Below, one piece after another: positions 37,951-51,199 of a stretch of DNA of 64,000 nt. The stretch is from Lama glama (lineage: Eukaryota), in assembly GCA_028534125.1 (NCBI GenBank), contig CM052816.1, positions 79,424,001 through 79,488,000 of the forward strand, given 5' to 3'. The first letter of the stretch is position 1, and each line of letters opens with the position of its first letter. The position numbers and the translations under genes were made by a program. Below the pieces are notes generated by a model that searched no databases, was not told the origin of the DNA, and saw only the letters and a list, made by a program, of their open reading frames with translations.

Positions 37951-39217
37951 CAAAATTGTTATTGTGTAACTTAAAAAGACTTAGATCTGAGTTACAAATA
38001 GGAACTGTTGGAACCAGCTGATGTGTTGACATTAGATACTATCTCTTGTAAATATAAATGCTCCAGCGTATATCTGTAGTAATATACTGCCTCAGAACTT
38101 TAAGATAATAGTCGTATTAAGAAAGATTTGGGTAGTTAACATTTCCCTCTGCAGCAAATATTTTCTTTGGAATAAAACACCAGTGATGAGGAAGGGTTTT
38201 GTTTTTGTGAACCTAAACCAGTAGTACTGAATTGGTGTTAAAGTTCATATTGATGGCTTTCTATCAAGTGCCTAAACTATATGGGCAAATAAACTTTTTA
38301 GCTCATGTAATGAGCAATGACAGTTACCCCTTGCTTTATTATTTTCAAAAATTGCGATTTTATATGACTTGTAAGTGCCTAGATTTATGACTGAAGTTCA
38401 TTTGATAATGAGTTTATAGAAGATAGGGCTGCTATGGAAAAATCAAAATGCCTCTGTGCTCAAGAGTAATAGGAGAGGAATAACGTGCTTCTTAGATATA
38501 TTGAAGGTTTCAGTACAATCTAAACTGAAGCATTTGAAAGTTAGGTAAATACAGACTTCCTAGGAAGCCAGATCCTGAGGAGACCCATGTAAATGTGATC
38601 ATGCAAATGGTTGGATTAGCAAAAAAAAAAAGCCCAAAGAATTCAATAACTGCATCAAAATAGACTTGGCATCTAACCCCTGAGTTTACATTGGCTCACC
38701 TGGGCATTGTCTCTAGGAAAGTGATCATCCTCATTACCACTCACCTGACCTCTCGAGACCTCAGTTCCCTCATCATGTTGAATGAGTTGGACTGGGTGAC
38801 TTCTGAGCTCTTTTCCAACTCTTTTCCTTTATGAATTTCTTAGTTTTCATTGAATTCAACATCACACTTGAGAATTGTTCTGGTCTAATGAGGATTGTTT
38901 TGAAAAATGTATTGTAGATAAGCAGAGAGCTAGTAGTCATAACAACAGCAATGCAAATGGCCCATGACCTCAAGAAGGGACAGAAAAAATGGAAACTGTA
39001 CCTCATCCCTTAGCATAGGTAAGGAGGATCATGGAGAATGAGGTCATGTTTGATAATAGAAAAATAAGAAAGTAATTGAGAATTTGTGTTTCAGCACCTC
39101 ACAGAGAGAGACTCAAGAGCTCTTCAAAAAGGAACCTGATTCTCTAATGCAATCCTGGTAATTATATTTTTGCCCAATGTCACCTGAGTTAAAATGAGCT
39201 GTTTTTGAAGAAAACCA

Positions 39218-39790
39218 TGTAAGGGAGGAAAGTTCTTCTCTACTCTCTTAGGTTCTCCAGGTGGCTCTGCAAAATAAACTGATTAAAGAAAAAAACCCAG
39301 ATTAACCAGAAAAAAGATATATAAGTTTATTTGATGTTAAAGATTTAGCATGGTATGAGGAAGCTTCATAGAGAGAAGAGAAAACCCCAAAGAAACTGCA
39401 GGCTCAGAGGTTTTTATTCTGTTTGGACAAAAGAGGATAAATTTAAAGAGAAGCAGTAAGACAAAGGGAAAGGATTTGAGCTTCTAAGGGTGGCAAATTG
39501 TAGGAAGGCCAATATATGGGGGAACTAATGTTAAATCAGGGCCAATTAGTAAGGTTTGTCTATGCTTTTGCTCAAGGCCATCTCATCTCTCGTGATAAGG
39601 CTGTTTTTCCTTTCTTTCTCTGGTTAGGGGACAGAGGTAATACCCTCACAAGGGGAATCTACAATCTGTTTTCTGGCAGAGAAGGGGATGGCCAGGAGCT
39701 CATCTTGTCTTTACTTTTCCTATTGCCTTCAGCTCAGAAAAATCCTATGCCAGAATGTTATACTTTAGAGTGGTGTTCTACCACCACTAT
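39218..39790 (-). mobile_element. ERV1 solo LTR, MER34/MER39-like
   Basis: tgtaagggaggaaagttcttctctactctcttaggttc...cagattaaccagaaaaaag...ttgccttcagctcagaaaaatcctatgccagaa. Confidence 0.72.
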
Positions 39791-40140
39791 ATTAAAGAAT
39801 CACTTTAAATAGATTTTACTCCTAGTGAACTGACCCATGATCACCTAACTCCTAGAACTTTGAAAAAATATAAGGAGTAGTGAACTTTACATAGCATGCA
39901 GTAATCCTTCCTTAGAGCAGTATTTCCTAGTTTTCTTAAAGCGAGATATGCACACTCTATGGGATTCATGTGGGGATGCAGAAAATTTATAACTTCCATT
40001 TACGCCTTTTCATTTGATACTGTAAATTTTTCTCTATTTTTAGGTATTTTCAAATATCCATTTTAGTTATTTAGTAAACATGAATGATATGGTAGTTTAT
40101 GTCTATCTTGCATAGATAAATAAATAGGAGATTTCTGATT

Positions 40141-40876
40141 TTTTATTGACGTATAGTTGATTTACAATGTTGTGTTAGTTTACAGCAAAGTGATTCAGAA
40201 TATATATGTATATGTGTGTGTGTGTGAATTCTTTTCAGATTATTTTCCATTATAGGTTATGCTAGATAATGAATATATTTCCCTGTGCTATATAGTAAAT
40301 CCTTGTTTATCTATTTTGCATATGGTAGTCTGTATCTGCTGGTCCCCTACTCCTAATTCATCCCTCCTCTTTTCCCTTTTCCTGTTGGCAGCCATAAGTT
40401 TTTTTCCCTATGTCTATGAGTCTATTTCTGTTTTGCAAATAAGTTCATTTATATTATTTTTGGATGCCACATATAAGTGATATGATATATTTATCTTTCT
40501 CTGTCTGACTTACTTCACTTGGTATGATATTCTCGAGGTCCATCCATGTTGCTGCAAATGGCAATATTTCATTCTTTTTTATGGTTGAAAATTATTTAAT
40601 TGTATACATACACCATATTTTCTTTGTCCAATCATCTGTTGATGGGCACTTAAGTTGCTCCCATGTCTTGGCTATTGCAAATTGTACTGCTATGAACATT
40701 GGGGTGCATGTATCTTTTCAAATTAGAGTTTTCACCTCTTTCAGATATATTCCTGGGAGTGGGATTGCTGGATTACATAGTAACTTTATTTTTAGTTTTT
40801 CAAGGAACCTCCATACTGTCTTTCATAGTGGCTGCACCAGTTTACATTTCCACCAGCAGTTGTAGGAGGGTTCTCA
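40141..40876 (-). mobile_element. 5'-truncated cetartiodactyl-type L1
   Basis: ttttattgacgtatagttgatttacaatgttgtgttag 3' end plus ORF2 tail. TSD gat(t/c)tctgattttt at about 40130 and 40878. Confidence 0.9.
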
Positions 40877-41129
40877 GGATCTCTGATTTTTTTAACTGAT
40901 GAGGTGCATGTTGAAAATCACTTGGTAACTGCTAATAAAGAAAATCCTCTTTTACCCATTCATTCTACAGATATTTACTGAGCGTTTATTCTACATAAAG
41001 CATGATGTTAGGCACCAAGGCTACAATGATGGGGCAACATTGACAAATTCTTTTAAGTTTAGGAACATTTGTCGGTTAATAGATGAGAAGGATTTTCTTC
41101 TGTAGAATTAGAGACCATCAAACACATTC

Positions 41130-42380
41130 TCCATTTTTATGACAATACTTTTGATTTCTAGCAATTCATTTTAATTCTTAGGGTTTCCATCTCTGGAAAT
41201 TCACCTGGATTAGAAGCTGCTACAGATAACGTAACTTGTGAAAGTTTCTTATTTAATTGCTTTCCAAATTGCTGCCAGCAAAAAGCCATTTCCCGTTGCT
41301 GAACAATTAAACCACATTTAGTAGAAAAAAACCTGTTTTTATTATCCTTCTGTTCTTTCATGTTGTCTGCTTTTCCCGTTAGAACCTTTAGCATATTAAT
41401 CATCATTATTTTAATTTCATGTCTGATAATTCCAACATCTGTATCATATCTGAATTTGGTTCTGATGCTTATTTTGTCTTCACACTGTTTTTTCTTGCTT
41501 ATTAGCGTGCCATGTAAGTTTTCATTGAAAACTAGATATGATGTATTGTGTGACTGGAACTAAAGCAAAAAGCCTTCTATGTAAGCTTTATGTTGATCTG
41601 GCTCAGAGGTGAGGTGTGTTTAATGTTCACTGTAGCTGCAGTTGCCAGAGGTTTCCATGTCCCCTAGTGGGCTTGTTTTTGTGTCCTACTTGTAAGATCC
41701 TGTGCCCTGTAACATTTTCAGCCATGATCCAGTTAATCATACTGGAACTCTACTCTGTTGGGGTGTTGGGTAGGGAAATACTCTATACTTTAAGATTAAA
41801 TCTCATTCTTTTAATGGACCCTGGTATATGACTTACACAAACATTTCTTAGCTTTTATTTTTTTTAAATTTTCCTTTAGTTGAGATGGGAAAGCTAGAAG
41901 GGGCTGGAGTGGGGGTTAAGTCTCTGTTAAAAAAGTCTTTCCCCCTGAAGAGTAGGCCTTTGTTGAGAATTCCTTGCCAGAGCCATGAGAGAATCTTTGA
42001 TAGGTCTTCACAGTGAAAACCTGGTGAGGTTCCAGGAGATGAAACCAACAGAAGTGAGCACCTCTGCCAGCCTCCCTCCAATACTGCAGCCCCCAGCCGT
42101 CTCCCGTTCTCTACTAGTTTATACCCAGCCTCCAACCATTCGTCAGAGTTACCATTTAAATTTTCCTACTGCTTTATGGCTTTAGCAGCTTCTAATCTGG
42201 GTAAGCCGATCTTGCCTATCACTGTCTAGATGACACCTGTCTTTTCAGTTATAGGGGTAAGAGTCTGCCCCGTGACATCAATTCTCTAGTGGGCCCAAGA
42301 GAATTCATTGATTTTCAATTTGTTCAGATTTTTTTCCTGCAACAGGAGGAGTGATGGTTTCAAGCTTTTTATATGTTAGA
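41130..42380 (-). mobile_element. Old L1MC/L1MD-type 5' region and ORF1 start
   Basis: The minus-strand ORF gives MINMLKVLTGKADNMKEQ...EMETLR (ORF1-like), and cacagtgaaaacctggtgaggttcc resembles a 5' UTR. Confidence 0.7.
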
Positions 42381-44594
42381 GGTACAATCAGAAGTCCCAG
42401 AGTGAACTTTTTACAAAAGAGATCTGATCGTGTCACTTGACTTGCTGAAGCCGGGGACACTTGTTTTTCTACTAAAAGCAGGACAGAAATCAAATTTTCT
42501 AACCTGACACCCCAACCTTCACAGGATATAGCCAAGCAATCATTCATCTGTATTCACCGCTTTGACTATTGTCCCACGCGTGTCCTGCCTTTCCATCCAT
42601 CATCTAGAGCGCTTTCCTTTACTTTCCTAATGAGCTATGATATCAAAATCTTGTTTATTTTTCAAGGTTCAGACAAAATGTCAGCACTCTTATAAACATT
42701 TCTCCAGCACCCATCTTCACCTCATTCAGATTTAATCTTACTCTCTTGCAAATATAGCGTTTGATTTGTATACCCATTTCAGCTTTTTTTTTTCTTTCTC
42801 AGAAAAAGGTTTAGAACCTTCTCAAGTATTCATACAAGGAGTTGGTTGAGCCCCTAGAGTCTAGTGCCTCATCAAATGGAAAACTTTTTCAATCACTTTT
42901 ATTGACTTACTACATCATCTATAAATAAACCTTCTAATTCACAGTATATAGTAAAGGCAGGATGAACAACGGACATCTCAAAGACAGTCTACCAAAGTGT
43001 CATTCAAGAGATCAGAACTTAGGGACCTTTCAGCAGTATGAACCAAATGGTTTTATTTCATGGTGGGGCCAGAGAGGCTGTCCCTGCTGGTCCTGTGACT
43101 TTCAGCTGCTGGCCTCCTCTGTACCATGATGCCATTAACCAGTAGGAAAGAACTCCTCATCTTGTTCACAGCAAATTCTTGCCCTCTCAGCATCCATCTC
43201 TTTACCCATACCTTGTTTGCCACCTTTTCCTAATCCAGCACTTTCCAAATCCTTTGCTCCTTAATTAGTTTTTTCATAATGATCTTGCAGATCCCCTCTC
43301 AATCTTATATATATCTTTTTCATTTAAAGAAGTGGTTTTAATAAAGGATTCTAAAAATGATAGATTACCATATTGCTAAGAATTATAAAATCATTATGCA
43401 TAAATACATTGACTCATAAGATTATTTTCTACTTTATCCCCTTTGACCAGTGTTTATTACTTTCAATGAATATGTAATTAAGGGCAGGATTAATCAATAA
43501 CTTCTTATTTAGCAGAATAAAACAACAAGGTATAGATTGAACTGTTATGGCATAAAAATATATAAAAGCTCTTTCTCTGACCTCTTGTATAGAATTCATA
43601 TATTGCATATTTGAAACAATCAACTGATTATTTTGCTTGTTAAAACTTTTTCTTTTCTTTTCAAAATAAATGAGAAAAAGGGGAAAGTTTTAGCCCACTA
43701 TTACATATTCTTCTCAGATTACGTATTTCCATTGTGGAGAGTCTTTTCCCAGCAAATAAAGGCTATATTAAATGCTATCGTCAATGTATTTCTACTTTCT
43801 AACATTGATGTCTGCAATATTCAAGAAATCGTTAGATGTTTTATAAGAATTCAAATCGGATATTTTTATATCTACTATAGAAAGCTTGCAGCAATTTACA
43901 AATTAAATCGCATAGTCCTTTTTGCATGTGTTTCAGCGTCATTGCTTCTTGTGTTTCCTCTCTTTCCTCATTGGTGTATTATGTGTGTACTTGAGATAAT
44001 ATTCAGTTGGTGGTCCAGGAGACTGAGCTACTTAACCTCTTCCTGCTATACACATGAAATGCTAGAGAAAATGTAACCACTTAGAAAAGTCAATAAATAA
44101 GCTCAAAAAAAGAAAGGGGAGCCTCTGTCATACGCCATATATTAAAATAAAAGGACAGTTAAAATTGAAGGAAGATAGCTAAGACGTTGCAATGAAAGTG
44201 AGTTAAGATGTCAGTGGTCCAAGAGTTGTGGGCAGAATTCAGATCAGACATAGGCCCTGGGAGCTGGAGAACAGGGTTCTAAAGCTTCTGCAAAGTGGAA
44301 GAACTGAATCTGAGCCCCTGACATAAAGCCAGTAGCCTCAAAGCACTCTCTCATGAGCTAAAAGACTCCACTCAAAACCTCAGAGAAACGCTGAGAAAAC
44401 GTACGTGTTTTTAAACCTCCAAAGAGCTTGAGGTATGGGTGAAGTCATCCAAAAACACCTAAAAACAAATAAAAATCAAACCAAAACAAAAACCCAAGCT
44501 TTGGGACAATAACATGTGTCAGATTTTAATTTATACAACCTGTGTGGTGCTAGAACTGAAACAAAGAAATTAACATAAAAACAAACGAAGGGCA

Positions 44595-44860
44595 CCAAAA
44601 CCGTCTATGATCCAACTATGTAACGTTCTGGAAAAGGCAGAACTATGGAGACAGTTTAAAGATCAGTGGTTGCCAGGGGCTTCGGGGGAGGGAAGTATGA
44701 ACAGGGGGAGCACAGAGGATTTCTGAGGCAGTGAAAATACTCTGTATGGTACTATAGTGATGGATACATGACATTATGCATTTATCAAAACCCACAGAAT
44801 GTACAACACCAAGAATGAACTGTAATGCGAACTTTGGACTATGGCTGATAAAAATGAAAC
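44595..44860 (+). mobile_element. L1MC1/2-type 3' end fragment
   Basis: tgatccaactatgtaacgttctggaaaaggcagaactatggagacag...cagtggttgccagggg...cacagaatgtacaacaccaagaatgaac. Confidence 0.85.
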
Positions 44861-45278
44861 AAACAAAAACATAGGCAAAATGCATCCTTTCCCCTACAAA
44901 ACATACATTTGAAAATTAACCAGAGGCAACACATAGCACACACGTGCATTTCTATATAATCAAAGCATCAGAGACAAAATCACAACAGAAATTACAAAAT
45001 ATTTGGAACTGAGTAACAAAGAATTACATATAAAAATTTGTGGGATGTAACTGAAACAATATTTACCAGAAAAAATTTGAGAATCACTGCTTTAAGCGGT
45101 TCCTTCTGTAGCTAAGGGGGAAAATAGGAAAGAGATGATCCTAAAATCCAGAAAAAAGAACAAGAGAGGCACTGAAATGCAGTGCTAATTATGAAGGAGA
45201 AGATAAAGCACTTGGAAAATCTCTCCCAGCCTCCTTAACAGTTTAGACTCAACACAAATAGCAAATAACACACTCTTT

Positions 45279-45580
45279 TTGTGTGTGTATATATATACAC
45301 ACACATATATATATGTGTATATATATTTTTTTTTATTGAAGTGTAGTCAGTTTACAATGTTGTTTCAGTTTCTGGTGTACAGCACAATGCTTCAGTCATA
45401 CCTGAACATACATATATTTGTTTTCATATTCTTTTTCACTGTAAGTTACTACAAGATACTGAATATAGATCCCTGTGCTATACAGTATGAACTTTTTTTT
45501 ATTTTTGTATATATATATTTTTATTGAAGTATAGTCAGTTTACAATGTTGTGTCAATTTCTGGTGCAGAGCATAATGCTT
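45279..45580 (-). mobile_element. Short L1 3' end insertion with a tandemly duplicated terminal unit and TA-rich tail
   Basis: Two copies of ttttattgaagt(g/a)tagtcagtttacaatgttgt. TSD aaataaca(c/a)actcttt at 45263-45278 and 45581-45596. Confidence 0.88.
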
Positions 45581-45909
45581 AAATAACAAACTCTTTAATT
45601 CAAAATCATATATGAGATTAGGCTGGGAATAATAAAATAAAGGAAAAGGTAAGGCTAAGTGGAAAAGGGACCAAACTGGACTCTAGATTTTCAATGTTTT
45701 GTAAGGTGCTCTTACTATTTATCTTAAAATTTAGTAATTGTTTAATAATATTTTAATTTAAAAATAATATTTGTTTAATTAATGAATTTATGTGTCTTAA
45801 GTGTTTGGGTTGTTATATATATGAGATCTGGGTATACGGCTTAAAGTTTACTATTCAGAACCTGTTGTCTTGTCCTTGAGTCCTGCATGTGAATGACAGT
45901 GTAGACTGT

Positions 45910-46135
45910 AGAGTTTCAGAGCAGAGATTCTGGAACCAGGCTGCCTGAGTTGAATCCTAGTCTTTCAAGTTACTTAATTTTCTCATCTAAAATATGGAAT
46001 TGATAGTGACAGCCACTCTGCCATGGGGCTGCCATCATTTTATCATGATGATAAAATGAGTTAATAATTGTTACTACTTGATAAGTGCTCAGCACAGCGG
46101 CTGGCCCACAGGGCATGCGTACATGTGTTCAGCTA
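45910..46135 (+). mobile_element. MIR SINE
   Basis: gagcagagattctggaaccaggctgcctgagttgaatcctag...ctcatctaaaatatgg...aagtgctcagcacagcggctggc. Confidence 0.75.
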
Positions 46136-47089
46136 ACAGATAAGTGGAACCAGAGCTGCTCAGGTTAGACACCATGAAAAAGCAAGGGCCTGGACTGCGA
46201 GGCAGACACACCCTGGGGAGCAGGTCAGAGTTGCTGAGTAGGAAGAACAAGACGGCAGCCTTCGGGGTTAGACCGAGTGTGCACGGACAGACCCCCACCT
46301 CAAGTCATCAAATCTCAAGGAGCCAAAGATGCTTTGAACTGAAAGGGGACTGAGGTTGATCCAAACACACCCTCATGACAAAAGTTTCCCAGAGACTGAG
46401 CGTCCTGCAAAGGGCTAGAGGAAGCTTTGCCTGTGCTGGCTGATTTCCTGAAGTGCAGAGGCACAATCCTCTGAACCCAAGCATCTCCTCCTTGAGTTAT
46501 AAAAAATTGCCACCACCACTTGGTGGCAGTGTATTCAAATCAAGCGCATGACACCATTTTCCGTTGCTAGATGATCATTTCCAAATTCTGTCCCAATACA
46601 CTGAAAAAATGTGTTTGAATTATTTGGAGATCAATAAAAGGCAAAAGAAAAATTTTTTTAAGTCATGCCACATTTTTTCAGGGAAACTTTAATTAAATTT
46701 GAAAAGAAGGAACTTTGGCATTTATATTAATCTGTTTTAATCTCATTATGCTTAATGAGATTAATCCAAATACTTTTGAAAACACCCTTGTCAAGACCTT
46801 TATAATGCATTTTAATTAAAGGTGCTGTTTACTCACTAATCTTGTTCAAAAATAGGCTTTGCTAACTTGTTAAATATATAATTCAGTTTGCTCGTGGATT
46901 CCTACACATGCAATGAGACCTTAGGAGTCAAATTATTTTCTTAAGGCCCCATAGTAGTAAAATCAAGTCCTCCTGAAGCTGAGCTCCTCTGCCGAGTTTA
47001 TGACTGAGTCTCTATCCAGAGACTTTATTCCCTTTCTTGTCTCGTCCCTATTCCCCTCAGGACTGAGGAGTATCAAAGAAAGGGAGTGG

Positions 47090-47746
47090 TGGTAGAAACC
47101 AAGCAGGACCCTGAAGGGCCCTCCAAGGTAGAGAAGTCCCTCTGTGTTCCTTGTTTCTTATTTGTAGTAGAGCGTGTTGGTGTCCTAGGACTTCTCGGAC
47201 TTCCAAAGAGAAGACTTAAGCAGTTACTAATTAGGGAAGTGAGAGAATGCAGAAACAAAGGAAAAGCAGTCAATCAAGGAAAGGAACAATAGCTTACACA
47301 ACAGTTCAGCAATAAAACTGGAGTCCTAGTTGCTCCTCAGGGGATACATGTAACAATCTGATGCATATCTTTGCGTTGCTCTGTGTGAACTTTAAGACCC
47401 CCACCCAGGGGAAGGATGGGGACTACATGCTGAGCACAAGCACTAGACCCCGGTCTGGTTGGAACCAAAAGGTTGATGATTAAGATTCCCAAAATATCAC
47501 CCTGTTACCTCACCTCCACCCAAACAGAAGAAAGTCCACGAGCTGCAACCCTCACCCCAAATACTGTCTTTAAAAATTCTTCCCTGAAAGCCATCGAGAA
47601 GTTCAGGTCTTTTGAGCATGAGCTGCACATTCTCCTTTCTTTGCACTGTTGAGATAAACTCTGCACTTTCATTCACCACAATCCGATGTCGCTAGATTGG
47701 CTTTACTGTGCAGCAAGTGAGTGGACCCAAGTTCAGTTTGGTAATA
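47090..47746 (+). mobile_element. ERV1 solo LTR, cetartiodactyl MER41-like
   Basis: tggtagaaaccaagcaggacc...ggtcttttgagcatgagctgc...gtggacccaagttcagtttggtaata, with an approximate 4-bp TSD gtgg/gtag. Confidence 0.75.
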
Positions 47747-48924
47747 GTAGTTTAAAGCCAAGGCTTTCGACTTGCAAAGACCTGATATATATAACTTGGC
47801 CACATATGGTAGATTGGAAAGGAGATAGATGAGATGTCAAAAGGTCTTGCCAGCTCAGAGTAGATAAAGGTCTTACTAGCTTGGGGGACATATGGGAGAT
47901 GAAGAAGGGAATACAAACAGAAGCACCCTGTACCCTGCCCCTCTTTCTCTTGCCTGGAGCTGAGTCCTTGTATATGAGTGAGGTCAATGTAAAATGTTTG
48001 CATGGGTCAGAGAGTATCTCATTTTTTTGTGTGAAGCCCAGAGGGATTTCAGACTTCTCGCAGTTAGCCTCCTCCTGCTCCTCCCTGCTGCCTCACACCC
48101 AAGCATGTTGAAGCAGCCATAGAGGAGAAATAGTAGCAGACAGGCCTGAGGCTTTCCACCCACAGCCTCACCCCACCTGCAATACACACAGTCCAAAAAA
48201 GTGCAGAAGAATGAGTACAGTTTCTCTCCAGCTTCTGTGAGTTGCGGGGAGGTGGCTTGGAGTGGGCAGCAGTCCTGGAGTGATCTCCCCAGGTTGTAGA
48301 GGGTACAGATTTTCCCAGGCCATTTCCTGGAGAGCAAGGAGGGAAGGAATCAGTGGAGAAAACCAGCAGGGACAGATGCTAATGATCACACACACGAAGC
48401 CTCTCTACTGGTGATGGTAGGACAAAGCATGAGCTAGAGCTTAGGAGTCTTCTGAGGAGAAGAGGGGTAGAGGGCTAAAGGAAGCCCTGCTTTCATTGAG
48501 TTCACACCAGAAACAATGGAGACAAAAATCCACTTACCCTGAATTGATTAGACTAGGTTTTCTACAATCAGGTGAAATATAATCTTAAATAGAGATTAAG
48601 CTAAGCATGTGGCATGAAATCGCAAACGAGTTCCATTATTTTACACTGTTAATTATTTTTAGTATTAATAAGTAGTGAAGCCATCTCACAGGGTAGCTCT
48701 GTTTCTCTGATTCTGTGGGTTCCCAGTATCCGGCAGAACACCTCTGCTACTGATGTTCAGCTCTTTAGTTTTGGGCATTCAGTAAACATCCTCTTGTTTG
48801 CTTGTAAGTCATTTTGTGTCTTTCTCATGAAAATTCCCTTTCGAGTATCCCTTCATATTAGCCAGAAGGGGCCCTGTGCCCGTGAGTCAAGGAGAATGAA
48901 AAATTCAATAATCAGTACTATTTC

Positions 48925-48995
48925 ACTGCACAGCTCCAGGGGGTGACACTTACATCGGAGTCTGTGTAAATGGTGCTTTCTTGAGTTGTGCAATG
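48925..48995. mobile_element. Palindromic MER91-like hAT MITE fragment
   Basis: Imperfect inverted repeat tgcacagctccaggggg...cttaca / tgtaaatggtgctttcttgagttgtgca. Confidence 0.65.
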
Positions 48996-50329
48996 TGAAT
49001 TCACCACCCCTAGGTAACCACTCTTTAATTATCTAAATATATTTCCTTCCTCCACATTTTGTATGCATGCTTCATATTCTTTGTAAACATTATTTTAACC
49101 CTTGCTTAATAATTTTAATACACATGCTATAGTTTCATTATTTTTTTAGACATTATTTTTACAGTTTTGCCATTAAAATGTAAGTGGATAAACACTCTCA
49201 TGTACAATTATTTCTTCACATTTTGAGCTGTTGCTTTAGGACAAATTCTCAGGAACAGGTCAAAAGGTATAAACATTCTCAAGGCTCTTAACACTGGCTA
49301 AAAATTGTTTTCCAGGAATATTGTTCTGATTTACTCTTCCATTAAGTGTGTATTAGAGTGGCTTTTTCACAGCAACTCTGCCAGCATTGAGAAGTCTCAT
49401 TTATCAAATGGCAAACTGGCAGAGGTTAAGATAGTGACTGAGCTGGAGAGAGTAAAATTTTGTACATTTCAGGAGAATAATTTGTCATTGTCTTTCTGAA
49501 ATGACTTTGATACATGCAAGGACGTTAGAAACGTGAACACCATTTTGGACTAGTTATGACAATCACAAAAGTTTCTCCTAAAAAAAAGGGAGAGCATGTG
49601 CAAAAGTGAGCATTTAAAAATATTAACTGTGGTATTGCAAAACAGTGAAAAATAAAAGCACCTTATATATGAATATTGAATAAATTCTGAAATACCTGCA
49701 TAATAGATCATTATAAAGCTACTAAAATATAGAAAAATATTTACCTTTGAATGCTAATGAGGAGCTAAGGAAAAAATATCAACTAATGTCTCAGCAAAAA
49801 AAAAATTTGAATTTTAAAAAATCCTTTTGTTTTAAATTATGGCAAAAGATACGAAAATGTTAATAGTGACTTTTCGGGTGTCTTTTGTTTGTTTCTCTCA
49901 TTATGCTTTATTTTATAAATATCTCATCTTTGTAAAATACATATTTTAAAAGAAGGATATATAAGGCTAAAATCCTTACTTCTGTGTCTATGAAAGTATA
50001 ATCATCAGTCCAGAAACTTGCCAAAATCCGTTATAATTAATATTAGCATTTTAAATATTGTTTTTTTCCAATACCAAGTAAAGCTATTTATTGTAATCAG
50101 TTACATTTTTGTTCCCAAGAAAATGGATTTTCTTCCTTAAGTCTACTAATGTGTTGATTTATTTTTTTATTATGCATTTAACTGCAATTATAAGCAAAGA
50201 CAACACTAAATAGCCCAGTTTCATTAACATTCATAAAACCTGACAGCATTTCCATAAATGTATTGTGAAATATTTTACCATAACTAAAGATTAATTGGCT
50301 TTTTAAACATCAAAAATTTTATGATTTTT

Positions 50330-51061
50330 TTTAACATTTTTTATTGATTCATAATCATTTTACAGTGTTGTGTCAAATTCCAGTGTTCAGCACAATTTTT
50401 CAGTCATTCATGGACATATACACACTCATTGTCACATTTTTTTCTCTGTGATTTATCATAACATTTTGTGTATATTTCCCTGTGCTATACAGTGTAATCT
50501 TGTTTATCTATTCTACAATTNNNNNNNNNNNNNNNNNNNNNNNNNNNNNNNNNNNNNNNNNNNNNNNNNNNNNNNNNNNNNNNNNNNNNNNNNNNNNNNN
50601 NNNNNNNNNNNNNNNNNNNNNNNNNNNNNNNNNNNNNNNNNNNNNNNNNNNNNNNNNNNNNNNNNNNNNNNNNNNNNNNNNNNNNNNNNNNNNNNNNNNN
50701 NNNNNNNNNNNNNNNNNNNNNNNNNNNNNNNNNNNNNNNNNNNNNNNNNNNNNNNNNNNNNNNNNNNNNNNNNNNNNNNNNNNNNNNNNNNNNNNNNNNN
50801 NNNNNNNNNNNNNNNNNNNNNNNNNNNNNNNNNNNNNNNNNNNNNNNNNNNNNNNNNNNNNNNNNNNNNNNNNNNNNNNNNNNNNNNNNNNNNNNNNNNN
50901 NNNNNNNNNNNNNNNNNNNNNNNNNNNNNNNNNNNNNNNNNNNNNNNNNNNNNNNNNNNNNNNNNNNNNNNNNNNNNNNNNNNNNNNNNNNNNNNNNNNN
51001 NNNNNNNNNNNNNNNNNNNNCAAGCGTCCTTCTACTCCGCCATCTTGCCCGGAAGTCCTCC
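50330..51061 (-). mobile_element. Young L1, both ends visible, body lost in the N gap
   Basis: 3' end at 50330-50520 and 5' end at 51021-51061 (revcomp ggaggacttccgggcaagatggcggagtagaaggacgcttg). Perfect TSD tcaaaaattttatgattttt at 50310-50329 and 51066-51085. Confidence 0.88.
50521..51020. other. Assembly gap (500 N) inside an L1 element
   Basis: Run of N flanked by an L1 3' end on the left and an L1 5' end on the right. Confidence 0.99.
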
Positions 51062-51199
51062 TTTTTCAAAAATTTTATGATTTTTAACTACATTAAAGTG
51101 TGTTGCTCTGGGCAGTGCATCTAAACTGGGAGCAAGTCTTTGCCAGTGCTCTTTCCCAATGTCCCCCTTCGGTCAAATCTGATTATTGCTGAGTTAATA

